Source: Dictyostelium discoideum (lineage: Eukaryota). From it: a stretch of 64,000 bases of DNA. This document shows, one piece after another, positions 22,025 to 40,065 of this stretch (within the stretch, counting starts at the first letter, position 1; the number at the start of each line of letters is the position of its first letter). The translations under genes were made by a program, and so were the position numbers. Under the pieces are notes generated by a model. It had not been told where the DNA came from. It did no database searches and worked only from the letters and a program-made list of their open reading frames with translations. Location of the stretch: assembly GCA_000004695.1 (NCBI GenBank), contig CM000152.2, positions 1,664,001-1,728,000 of the forward strand. The letters run 5' to 3'.

Positions 22025-22506
22025 TAAATATAAATAAATTCGCAAGTTTAAATGGAAATATTGAAATTAGAATTTCAAAAACATTAATTAATGATAAAGA
22101 ACAACAAATTGATATTATTAATTTTAATAATGAAGAAAATGATAATGATGATGATGATGATTTGAATACAAATTTGAAATTGGTTTCTTCATCATCGACA
22201 ACAACAACAAATAAAGGAGTAAACTTTAAGAATATTAAATTTAATTCATATGATCAAGAAACTGGAGAAACAAAAGAAATTACAGAAGAATCAGATTGTG
22301 TAAAAAGTAAAAGTTCAACTACATCATTCTCTGTATTAGTTGGATGTAGTGATAATAGTAAATTATCAGGAGGTCAAATAGCTGGTATTGTAATTGGTTG
22401 TGCTGTATTTGTAGCATTACTTGGAACATTACTTCATTTTCGTAGTAGAATTTCATTAAGAGTAAGACATAGTAATTTAGTTACAAAAATGAAAACTAGA
22501 AAATAG
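22025..22506 (+). CDS. Terminal exon of the glycoprotein gene, with a C-terminal TM anchor (IAGIVIGCAVFVALLGTLLHF) and a basic tail.
   Basis: Acceptor AATAG at 22024. The frame is continuous with the 22162 ORF. It has a single TM helix plus a short cytosolic tail. Confidence 0.45.
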
Positions 22507-22582
22507 AAAAAAAATAAAATTTATTTAAACACACACACACACTATTTTGATATATTGTTTTTATTATTATTTTTGATTGTTT

Positions 22583-24169
22583 TTAAAAAATAAATTGAAA
22601 AATTAAAGATAATGTAAAAATTATTAAAATTGAAAATTGTGGTGATAATTTTAAAGAATTTGAATCTTGATCACTTGATGAGTCTGAATTATTTTTTGGT
22701 GGTGGTAATGGGAATTCTAAAATTGATAAATCATGAGAAACTGGTAAATAAAATGAACCATCTTTATTGTATGAGATTACTTGATATGCGGATGCAGTTG
22801 ATGGAGATTGGTTTACATTGATTGGGGTGTAGAGATAACCAACGTTTTCTTTATTTCCACCATTTGGAATTGCACCAAATAGTGTGACTGTGGAGACATT
22901 TGTGTATGGGTCGTTTGGACCACCATTGGCGGGTGATAAATAGTTCTTGTAGAATACAATGAGGAAGGTATTGGTAGTTGGTTTTTTAAATAATAGTATA
23001 ACCATACCAGGTTGAACACCAGTCGTACTAATAGCATTTAATTCAGTTGGTGGGACTAGTTGAGTACCAATAATTTGGAATAGTCTTTCTAATACACGAT
23101 AAACTAATTTCTTACCCAATTGTAAATTTACAATACCAAATAAACGATCAGATGCTGTTGTGATATTACTATTTGTATCTAAATCACTGATTGTGTAAAG
23201 GAAGGATTTGTCAACACCATTTACAGTATCCAAGAGTAAACGCTTGATGGTGTTATTGGCTTGTTGTACCTCACCACCTAATGAAGCATCAGATGACCAA
23301 CCCCACTCACTTGAGAAAACTAGGGAGGAGGAGGTTGGAGATGATTTTAATTTATTGACAAGATTATTTGAGAGTATGTAATTACTATTGTCACTGGAGA
23401 TATCTGATAAATCATTACCTTCTGGGTAAGTGGTGTAAGGTTGGAATGATGATGTTGAGATTGTGGTGAGAATGTTTGGACCTGCACCATCCTCACTTAG
23501 TAAATCTGTAATGAAATTTGCATTTGAGCCAGGTGCTGTCGATTCACCATAATTTAGTACAGAACCAATTGATAATTTATTTTGTAAACCCTCTGATTTG
23601 AATACTGTTAAAACTTCTTGATATAAATCTAAATAATTTTGAGGATCATATGATTGTGCACCTGTTGGAATATCATTCATTTTATCCCAAACTTGCCAAT
23701 ACTTTACAAATGTATAATTCTTTGCTAAATTTAGTAAAGTTTGAGCAAATTGAGTTTGTTGTTCAATTGTTGATGGTACCGTTGAAGGATCTAATGGTGT
23801 TGGTGTTGGTGTAGGTCCAACTGTATTAAACCATGATGGTACACCAGTGAAATATACAATGGTATTCAATCCTGAGGCATTCAATTGTCTCATTGGTGGA
23901 TCGAATCGGTTCAAATTGAATACTCCTTCTGTACTCTCGAATTGGTCAAATGGAATTCCAATTCTAACCCATCCAATTGGTAATTGTTTAATATATGTCA
24001 ATTGTTGTGATACAATGTCACTTGAAAATAATGAAAATTCACCACCAATTCCTAAAAAATCTGAAAAATTAATGGTTTTATTAATTGATCTTATTAATAA
24101 AGTTTGATCACATTTTATTATATTTAAAAATATTGACAAAATTAATAATGTAAATAAAAATTTATTCAT
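22583..24169 (-). CDS. Secreted, probably GPI-anchored glycoside-hydrolase-like protein (TIM-barrel GH clan-A-like), 528 aa.
   Basis: N-terminal signal peptide, a candidate nucleophile motif LVFSSEWGWSS, and a hydrophobic C-terminus after Ser-rich omega-like sites. Family assignment is tentative. Confidence 0.35.
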   Translation of the reverse strand: MNKFLFTLLILSIFLNIIKCDQTLLIRSINKTINFSDFLGIGGEFSLFSSDIVSQQLTYIKQLPIGWVRIGIPFDQFESTEGVFNLNRFDPPMRQLNASGLNTIVYFTGVPSWFNTVGPTPTPTPLDPSTVPSTIEQQTQFAQTLLNLAKNYTFVKYWQVWDKMNDIPTGAQSYDPQNYLDLYQEVLTVFKSEGLQNKLSIGSVLNYGESTAPGSNANFITDLLSEDGAGPNILTTISTSSFQPYTTYPEGNDLSDISSDNSNYILSNNLVNKLKSSPTSSSLVFSSEWGWSSDASLGGEVQQANNTIKRLLLDTVNGVDKSFLYTISDLDTNSNITTASDRLFGIVNLQLGKKLVYRVLERLFQIIGTQLVPPTELNAISTTGVQPGMVILLFKKPTTNTFLIVFYKNYLSPANGGPNDPYTNVSTVTLFGAIPNGGNKENVGYLYTPINVNQSPSTASAYQVISYNKDGSFYLPVSHDLSILEFPLPPPKNNSDSSSDQDSNSLKLSPQFSILIIFTLSLIFQFIF

Positions 24170-25105
24170 TTCTTTTTTTTTTTTTTTCTTCTTTTCTTTT
24201 TTTTTTTATGAACTTAAAAATAAAATTAATGTTAAAATATTTTTTAAAAAAGAAAAAAAAAAAAAAAAAAAAATTAAACAAAACTGTTAAAAATATCAAA
24301 ATAATAAAAAAAACTCGAAAAAAAAAAAACAAAAAAAAAAAAAAAAAAAAAAAATTAAACAAAACTAAATATCTTTTTGATACGTGTTTTTTAAAAAAAT
24401 CTAAAAAAAAAAAAATTGTACCAAGGGGCAAGAAAATAAATTTTTTTTTTTTAAGAAAAGAATAATTTTATTTTTTTATTTATTTAAATTTTTAAGATAT
24501 TATTGTTTTTTTAATATATCTTATTTTTTTTTTTTTTTTTTCAAGATTTTCAACATAAAATAAATAAAAAAAATAATTAATTAAATTTTTTTTCTTTATT
24601 AAAACTTGAGAAAAAAAAATAATTATTATTTTTTTATAATAATAACCTACCATCCTCTGCAAAGCTTGGGAATTATAAAGGAATAAATAATTATTTTATG
24701 ACTGTGATTACTTATCAAAAAAATCTTTTTTTTTTTTTTTTTTTTTTTTTTTCTTTTTTTTGAAAAGTCATATTTTCGCTTTTTATTTTATTTTTTTTAT
24801 TTTTTTTTTTAATTTTTTTTTTTACTTTTATTTTTTCTTTTTTTTTATTTTTAATTTTTTTTTTACTTTTATTTTTTGTTTTAATTTTTAATTTTTTAAT
24901 TTTTTTTATTAAAAAGTAATATTTGTTTTTTTATTTTTTTATTTATTACAATCAATCACACATTAAATTTTTTTTTTTTTTTTGTATTTTTAATTTCTCA
25001 TATAAATATAAATAACTTATGTGTATATAGTATATTGTAGACATTATTATTATTTTTTTTTTCTTATATTTGTAATTTTATATATTTGTTCAAATAATCC
25101 TAATA

Positions 25106-25275
25106 ATGGCAGAATCATTCCAACAATTAGGGGTTGGATCAAAGTCAAATGAAAGATCTTTTTTCTCAAAATTCTTTGGCACAGATGATTCACAAAAAGA
25201 TTTTGGGCCATTGCCTGAAATTGAATATAGCGATGAACAAAGGTTTAATCCTTATCCAGCCATTTATGAAAAGAA

Positions 25276-25348
<73 letters not shown>

Positions 25349-25681
25349 AATAATAATAATAATAACAATAGCAATGGCAATGGCAATAGGTCAAATAGTT
25401 CTTTAAATAATAGTAATAATAATAATCAAGTTAGAAGAACTCATTCACCAAGTGTCTCTAATAAATCCGATGAAAGTAATACGACAAATACAAACACAAA
25501 CATTACGACAAATACAAATATTACGACAAATACAAATACCAATACAAATACAAATAGTACAAATAATGACACAAGTTCAAATGTAACACAACAGCAATTA
25601 CTTACAAATCTTGGTCAAAGTAAAATTATTAGTGCATTAAAAACAAAATTTCAAAGACCATTACCGCCTGTTGATGATAAA
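25106..25681 (+). CDS. pip5k3: PIKfyve/Fab1 (1-phosphatidylinositol-3-phosphate 5-kinase) exon 1 of 3.
   Basis: MAESFQQLG... N-terminus with poly-N/T tracts. A GTTTGT donor at 25682 gives a phase-0 junction DDK|KFWMPD into the FYVE finger. Confidence 0.65.
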
Positions 25682-25783
25682 GTTTGTATTTTTTTATTTG
25701 GCATATATATATATATATATTTTAATAATAACTCTATATTTACAAACTTCTTTTGTTTTTTTATTTTTTTATTTATTTTTTAG

Positions 25784-27550
25784 AAATTTTGGATGCCAGA
25801 TCATTCAAGTGCAGTTTGTTATGAATGTTCAGAAGAATTTACAACATTTAAGAGAAGACATCATTGTAGATTATGTGGTCAAATATTTTGTTGGAAATGT
25901 TCACAAAAGACATTGACAGATGGTAAAGGAGAAAGAGTTAGAGTTTGTAATTTTTGTTATAGAAGATATATGGCACCTGATGATTTAGATATGGAGGGTT
26001 ATCATTATGATCCTATCACTGGTACTGTTATATCATTAATAACTAATAATGATGATGGTACTAATTTAAATAATGGTAATGGTTTAATAAAGTTGGATGG
26101 AAGTACTCACAATATGAATGTTTCATTAGGTAATAGTGGAGATAATAGTTCTTTTGTTCAATCTCCAAATAATAATTTTAGTCAATCACCAACATTTTCT
26201 CAACAACAGCAACAACAGCAACAGCAACAACAACAGCAACAGCAACAACAACAACAACAACAACAACAACAAACGACTGGTGTAATGAGTGGTTTAAATC
26301 CATTTTCAAATTCAACTCTATTATTTGGTAGAAATAATAATAATAATAATCAACAACAACAACAACCAATAATTGAAGAGGATAAACAATATTATGGTGA
26401 TATTAATACAAGTTATAATAATTCATATTTTAATAATAATGGTTTTAATAATTTTAATAATGAACATTATAATAATACCAATTTTAATGCTACAAGTTTA
26501 AATTTGAATAGTCAACTCCATTCTAATCTATTGGCAAATACAAATGGTGAACTTTTTTATGACAATAGTCAACACAGTATTAGTAACTATGGTAATTTAG
26601 ACCATCATCAACAACAACAACAGAGTAATAGTCATGGTAGTTTAAGTAAATTTTCTTTAAACTTCCAATCACCATTTAAAATTAGAAATAATAGTAATGT
26701 TGATCAAACTTCATCATAAATAAATAATAATAATAATAATAATAATAATACAAATAATAGTGGAGGTGCCACACCTTCAAATACACCATCTGGTTTAATA
26801 TCACCAATTGTGGGTGCTCCTTCAATTTTAGATCCAAATAAAATGATTTTCTATTCAGATCAAGAGGGAAACTATGATAATTTGGATGACTATGAAACAT
26901 CCTCAAGCGATGGTTCAGATAATGATAATGAAGATAATCATTTGAAATCATCTCATTCCTCAGCAAATGATTTAGGTACTAGCAATACAGTTTCAACAGG
27001 TGAGTCTAACTCTGAATCTAAACTTTCTTCATCATCTAATGATATTTCTATCCATCATCATCACTATCACCACCATCATCATCATAGTCATGGAAATTTA
27101 TTAAAGAGTAATTCATTAACACCACTAAATCTTAATAATAATAATATTATTATTAATAATAATAATATTAATAATAATAACAATAATGATAATGGTAATG
27201 ATGATAATAATAATAATAATAATGATAATAATAATAATACAACAATAGAGGTAGACCCAAGACATTCAATGCCATCAAAAACATCAAATACCTCTTTTTC
27301 AATGGCATCATTACCATCTATTTTTAAACTACCAACAATTGGTAGAAACAATAATAATAATAATAATAGTGGCAGTGGTAATTCACAATATTTATCAGCA
27401 AATTCAAATGCAAGTAATTCAATTTCACCACCAAATTCAGCAAGAGGTTCAAGTAGTAATCCAAATAGTATGACACCAACACCAACATTATCATCTTCTT
27501 TTTCAAATTTACCAAATGCTGAAACTTCACCACCATCATTAGTAAAAGCC

Positions 27551-27589
<39 letters not shown>

Positions 27590-28249
27590 CCACAACCAGT
27601 TTTACAACCAACTATACATCATCCTTTAAAAACATCATTACCAATGTTTTCAACTCAATCCCCACCACCACCAACCAACCAATTGGCTCAATCTACAAGT
27701 ATGGCACCTCCACCATCAATATTTTCACCATTGGGTAAATTACAAGCTCTATCACACCCATCGTCATCATCAAATAACCAACAACAACAGCAACCTCAAA
27801 TTGTTAAACCAATTATTATAGCACCAAATTCATTATTCTTTAGTGATCCATCAATTGTTTCATTAAAAAGTCATCCAAAGACTACAAACAAAACAAAGTT
27901 TTTAGAAAAATATCCATTACCAAAAAAATATTATGAAAGTACAGAGAATATTATAGATACATTTGGATTTAAACGTACACCATCAACAGAAGGTAATCTC
28001 TTATCACAAATGTTGGCAACATCAAAACAAAAAGAATTTGATGAAAAAGAAAGATTAAAAATTTCAAATAATCCACAAATGTCTGTTTACATTCAACATA
28101 TAAATAATTTGGTTTCAGAACAACTTGAAAAGAATAATATCGATTTATCTTGGAGATCAATTATTATTGATTTAACAAAGAAAGCAACTGATAATGTTAA
28201 AATTTTCGTTAGAAAAGGTGATAAAATGTCAACAAATGAATATATTAAA
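25784..28249 (+). CDS. pip5k3: PIKfyve/Fab1 exon 2 of 3 (FYVE zinc finger plus a long low-complexity region). It contains an in-frame TAA at 26717..26719.
   Basis: FYVE motifs are WMPD, RRHHCRLCG and RVCNFC. The same reading frame stays open and coding-like across the TAA to a GTAAAT donor at 28250. The ORF track splits it into 25793..26719 and 26810..28312. Confidence 0.6.
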
Positions 28250-28344
28250 GTAAATTTTTTTAAAAAAAAAAATATATTTTTATTTTTAATATTTTTATTT
28301 CATAATAATTAATTCTTTTTTTTTTTTTTTTATATATAAATTAG

Positions 28345-33393
<5,049 letters not shown>

Positions 33394-33545
33394 CAAAATT
33401 TTATATAATAAAATTTATTGTAAAAATAAAAAAATTTAAAGTTTATTATATATTTTCTTAAACTTTAACTCTTCTTTTTTTTTTTTTCTTTTTTTTTATT
33501 TACACTACTATATACATGTTATCATTATTATTATTATTATTATTA

Positions 33546-33577
<32 letters not shown>

Positions 33578-33578
33578 T

Positions 33579-33803
33579 TTATAAAACCTTTTTAGTTGTC
33601 ATTAATGATATGAATTCTGATTTATTTATTACACCATCGCCATCAGTGTCAGCAAATTCTATCATATCATACAAGTCACTATCTGAACATTCTTCACCAA
33701 TGTTAATTGCAACCTTTTTTAAATCTTTAAATGTAATTCCAGATCCATCTTTAACAAATAATTTAAATGCTTGTTCTAATGTTGACATACTATCTCTTTT
33801 GGG
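33579..33803 (-). CDS. EF-hand calcium-binding protein (calmodulin/centrin-like), exon 2 of 2.
   Basis: EF-hand loops DKDGSGITFKDL-like (VKDGSGITFKDL) and DTDGDGVINKSE. Acceptor TTAAG at 33804. Confidence 0.6.
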   Translation of the reverse strand, partial: PKRDSMSTLEQAFKLFVKDGSGITFKDLKKVAINIGEECSDSDLYDMIEFADTDGDGVINKSEFISLMTTKKVL

Positions 33804-33926
33804 CTTAAATGTTAAAAATGAAAATAAATAAAAAAAAAAATAAAAAAATAAAGTTAATATTTAAAATGGCCCAATATTTTTTTTTTTTTTTTTTTCACCT
33901 AAATAATAATTAATAGAAATACAAAC

Positions 33927-34154
33927 TATATATGGGGAAACCAATTCAAAAAAAGAATTAAATGATATTGATTTTTGACCTTTTTTCTTTATTAATTCTA
34001 AAGTTTCTTCTGTTATTTCACAACCTAATGCCTTAAATGCGTATTTTATTTGATCATTGTCCAATTTACCATTATCTGATTTAAACATATCAAATGATTC
34101 TTTAATTTCTGAAATTTGGTCGTCTGTTAATTTATTTGTATTTGTTTTTACCAT
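33927..34154 (-). CDS. EF-hand calcium-binding protein, exon 1 of 2 (putative GTTTGT donor; intron 33804..33926).
   Basis: N-terminal EF-hand pair (FDMFKSDNGKLDNDQ). The splice restores a calmodulin-like linker, but the donor is non-consensus. Confidence 0.45.
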
Positions 34155-34726
34155 TTTCTCGTTTTTTAAATTTTAAAACTAATTAAAAGAAAATTTTAAA
34201 AAAAAAAATAAAAAAAAAATAAAAAAATAAAAATAAAATTAAACCCAGTTTTTTTGGGAAAAAAAAAAAAAAAAATAAATTAATTAATTAAAAATTTATT
34301 TAATATAAAAACAAATAAATCAAATTCCATTGTCTTTAATAAATAATTTGAAAAAATAATACTTTTTCAGAAAATTGATTAATTGATTTTTTTGTAATTA
34401 AATAAGTTTAAAAAAAAAAAAAAATTATTTTTAATATTTTTTTTTTTTTTGTGTGCCAAATTTCCAAATGTTTTTATTAATCATATAATTGATAAAATTT
34501 TTAAACAAATAGAGATAAATAAGTTAATGCATTATCTATTTTAGTTCACCAAATTTTCATAAAAGGTAACCAAGAAAAAAAAAAAAAAAATTAAAAATAA
34601 AATAAAAATTAAAAATAAAAATAAAAATAAAAAAAAAAAATAAAAAAATTTTAAATTTTTTTTTATTTTTTTTTTATTTTTGATTTTATCATTCGGTCGT
34701 CGTTTCAGTGTAATTAAAAAAAAAGA

Positions 34727-35164
34727 ATGTCAACAACCGAAAATCAACAAGCAACCATTGAAAATAACCAATCATTGGAAACAGAAAATAATAATAATAA
34801 TAATGATGAAACTTGTAAAAAAAGAACCTTAGAAGAAACTGAAAATAAAAATAAAAACTTTGTTAATAAAAAATTAAGAAAAGAACAAAAAAAAAAAGAA
34901 ACAAAAGAAAACAAAAAACAAAAAACATTAAATAATCAAGAAAATAAAAAAGAAAATGTAGATAAAAAAGATGAACAAGAAGAAGCCACTACAGATCCAA
35001 ATGATTATGATGAAAAGAAAGTAATTTTCAAAGGTAAATTTAAATCATGGAAAAAACATAGCAGATTATTCGCAACTGATGAAGTTGTAAAAGGTTTATT
35101 AGTTTGTTGTGACTCAATGAGAGAGGCAAATAGTATTGGTGAAATGTTACCATTACTAAATATC
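34727..35164 (+). CDS. THUMP domain protein (THUMPD1/Tan1 homolog), exon 1 of 3.
   Basis: Lys-rich N-terminus, then WKKHSRLFATDEVVKGLLVCCDSMRE (matches THUMPD1 GILITCNMNERK). GTATGT donor at 35165. Confidence 0.7.
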
Positions 35165-35258
35165 GTATGTATTATACTCTATCATCATCATCATCATTAT
35201 CATCATCATTATCATCATTATTATTTATTAATTAATTAATTAATTTTTAATTATATAG

Positions 35259-35644
35259 TTTGCAGATAAATATTTCCCAAAAGAAGAGAAAGAAGAAGAA
35301 ATGAAGACAGAAAAAGTGAATTCATATTATGGTACAAATGAACAAAAACAAGAGGGTACAACAGATGTTGAACCATCAGAATTAAAGAAAAGAAAAAGAT
35401 TTGAATTAATTAATTCAGGTTGTGGTGGTATCTATTTCATTAGTATTCCAATTGAAAATGTTGATCCAATTGATTTTATGAATTGTATATTTGTTGATAT
35501 TTATAAACGTCAAATGGTAAAAAAGAATCTTTCAACTGATTTCATAGATAATGATATCATTAAAAACTTTCCAGAATCAACTAAAAAAATGTTAGAAAAT
35601 GCAAATCAATCCATTTTCATAGCAGATAAAGTTTTAAATAGAGT
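35259..35644 (+). CDS. THUMPD1/Tan1 homolog, exon 2 of 3.
   Basis: Acceptor ATATAG at 35258, phase-2 GTATGT donor at 35645. The frame is continuous with exons 1 and 3. Confidence 0.65.
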
Positions 35645-35736
35645 GTATGTTATTTTAATTGATTACATTTTTATACACATACACACAAACCCTTATATAT
35701 ATTAATATAAAAATAAAAACACACACACTATTTTAG

Positions 35737-36268
35737 AATTTTTACAAGTAAAGTGTTACCAATTTTAAGAACATTCCGTGCATCAGAAGTTGATATGTAC
35801 CCAATTATGAGAGAAGTGATTAAAGAGAATTTTAAGAATGCTCAAGGTAAGACTTTTGCAATTGAATTGAGAAGTAGAAATAATAGTTCATTAGAAAAGA
35901 ATAAAGTTATTAAAGATATTGCTGAAATGGTTGATCCAAGTATTAAAGTAGATCTTTCAAATCCTGATCTTGTCATTGTCATTGAGATTATAAAATCATC
36001 TGTTGTAACCTCCGTAATTCCACAATATAAAAAATTATTTAAATTAAATCTTAGAGAAGTTATCAAATGTGAATTAGATAGAAAACCATCTCAATCAAAA
36101 CAACAATTAAAAGATGAAAAAAAACAACAATTAATTAAAAAACAAGAACAATATTTAAAAGAAAAAGAAGAAAAAGAAAAAGAAAAAGAAAAAGATCAAC
36201 AACAAAAACAAGAAGAAGAGGAAGGTAACTTAAAAACTGAAACTGATAAAAATAATGAAAATAAATAA
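35737..36268 (+). CDS. THUMPD1/Tan1 homolog, exon 3 of 3 (THUMP domain).
   Basis: RVLPILRTF...GKTFAIELRSRNNSSLEKNKVIKDIAEMV...KVDLSNPDLVIVIEIIKS aligns closely with human THUMPD1 RVILRMLPI...GTFQIVYKSRNNSHVNREEVI...KVDLTNPQYTVVVEIIKA. Confidence 0.75.
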
Positions 36269-37021
36269 AATCTTTAAAAAGAATAATATTTTCTATTATT
36301 ATAAAATTTTTTTTTTTTTTTTTTTTTTTAAACGGAGCATTCATGAATGATCTAACAACAATAATTGGAATTTACACCATAATTATTGTTATGTTCAAGT
36401 TTTGGACGTTTACCATGTTTTGAAATTCTAATTTTTTGGAGAAAAAAAAAAAAAAAAGCAAAAGGAAAAAAGAATTAAAAAATTATTACACCCTTGAGTG
36501 TTATTATTAATTAAATTATTTTTTTGGAAAGAAAAAATAAAAAAAAAAAAAAATTTGAAAATGAAAAAAAATAAAAATATCAACTGAAAACCACTTGTAA
36601 ATATTCACATAAAAAAAAAAGATACTTATTAATAAATCTTATACTTTTATATATTTATTTATAGAACAATCAAATTTCATTCCTTCCATATTTATATAAA
36701 AAAAAAAAATTTTAAAATAAAAAAAATTTAAAAAAAAAATTAAAAAACCATAAAAAAAAAAAAAACTGAAAAAAAAAGTTTTTTTTTTTTTTTTATTTTT
36801 GTTTCATAAAAAAAAAAAAATTTAGCACTTCAAAAACCAACTATAAAAAGAAAAAAAAAAAAAAATAAAAAAAAATAAAAATATTGAAAAAACCAAAAAT
36901 TATTAAACAAATAAAAACACAAAAATAAAAATAAAAATAATAATCATATATATATATATACATATAGGTAGAAAATAAAAAAAAAAAAAAAAAAAAAACA
37001 AAATAAAATAAAAATAAAAAG

Positions 37022-37276
37022 ATGATTGAATCAGTATGGTCAATTAAGATAATGGAGGGAGTATCAGAAGATTTTTATGATTCAGGACCAACATTTCAAT
37101 ATCCAAATCCTCTATCATCAATTTATGATAAATCCATGAACATTGATTTAATGAATCATTATCATCCATCTACATCACTAATAACAAATAGTAATAACCC
37201 ATTCTATGAATCATTGAGTGATACAAGTAGTGATGATTTAAATAATGAAGATAATAGTAATAGTAATAATAATCAA

Positions 37277-37318
<42 letters not shown>

Positions 37319-37981
37319 CAAAATAGTAATAATAAATTATTAGGAATTGAAAAACAATTACAATCAATAAATTTATTAACAAATAAAGTGGATTGGAGTG
37401 ATTACCATCAACAAGTTTATCATGGATGTTCAAATGAGAATAGTCAATTAATAAGTTGGTCAGTGGATAACCAAATAGCATTCACAATGAATTTCAATAA
37501 GAATCAATTCATTAAACAAGAGCAACAACAAATCTATATAACCAGAGTAGAGTATCCACATGAATATGTCGTTATAAAGACATCACATACCAATAGTATA
37601 AAATGTTTAGAGTGGTCAACTCAGTCACCTTCAAATTTATTATTATCATTTGATCAATCTGATAAATTATGTCTTTGGAAAACTAAAGATAATTGTTCAG
37701 ATGATTGGTATTGCTTACATATTTTCCCTTTTCAATATTTATTACTTTCAAAATGGTTACCATTACGTTCAACTTATACTCCAATTTTTGATCCTTTTAA
37801 TTTAAATAATACCAACAATAATAATAATAATACTACAAATATAAATAATAATAATAATAATAATAGTAATAATAGTAATACAAGTACGAATACATTTAAA
37901 TCACCATTTGAATCATTAATAACTGATAATCATATTGATAATTCTTTTCAAACTTTTATAAGTATAACTAAAGATGGAAAG
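37022..37981 (+). CDS. med16: Mediator complex subunit 16 (MED16/Sin4), exon 1 of 4.
   Basis: [13 protein letters not shown] and [27 protein letters not shown] match human MED16 WSCRNLIAFTMDL and [31 protein letters not shown] donor at 37982. Confidence 0.7.
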
Positions 37982-38058
37982 GTAATTATTATTATTAATT
38001 AATTTATTATAATAATTAAATATTAATGTATGTATGTATATATATATATATTTTATAG

Positions 38059-38260
38059 ATTTATATAGGGTATTATGGTATAGTTGAAAGTTGTTGGAAA
38101 TATATTATTGGACAAATTCCATTACCATTTTATCATACGATTGATTGTGTTGATATATTTCCAACTCAAGAACCAGATTCACTTTTAGTTACAATCTATT
38201 CAAAGAATATAGGATTAGCTTTAATAGTTTATCATATTAATTATAATATTCATACAAGTG
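38059..38260 (+). CDS. med16: MED16 exon 2 of 4.
   Basis: Acceptor TTTATAG at 38058, phase-1 GTATGT donor at 38261. It keeps the frame between flanking exons. Confidence 0.55.
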
Positions 38261-38376
38261 GTATGTTTAAATTTATTATTTAATTTTTTTTTTTTTTTCT
38301 TTAGTTGAATATTTATTAATTATTTCATTTTTTTTATTATTTTTATTTTTTTAATGATTTATTAAATAATTTATAG

Positions 38377-39971
<1,595 letters not shown>

Positions 39972-40065
39972 GTAAGTTTTTCTTTTAAAAAAAAAAAAAA
40001 AAAAACAAAACAAAATTTATATTTATTTATTTTACTAACTATAATTTTTTTATAAAAATTTATAG

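Noticed and set aside
26694-26831. A 138-nt intron (GTAATG...TTTTAG; alternatively GTAAAT at 26646) that would splice out the in-frame TAA in PIKfyve.
   Set aside because: Although phase-compatible, the putative intron contains GC-rich coding-like sequence (ggaggtgccacaccttc..gggtgctcc) and lacks the >85% A+T composition of every other intron in this window. The unspliced region translates into plausible protein on both sides of the stop, so an intron is less likely than a sequence or allelic nonsense codon.
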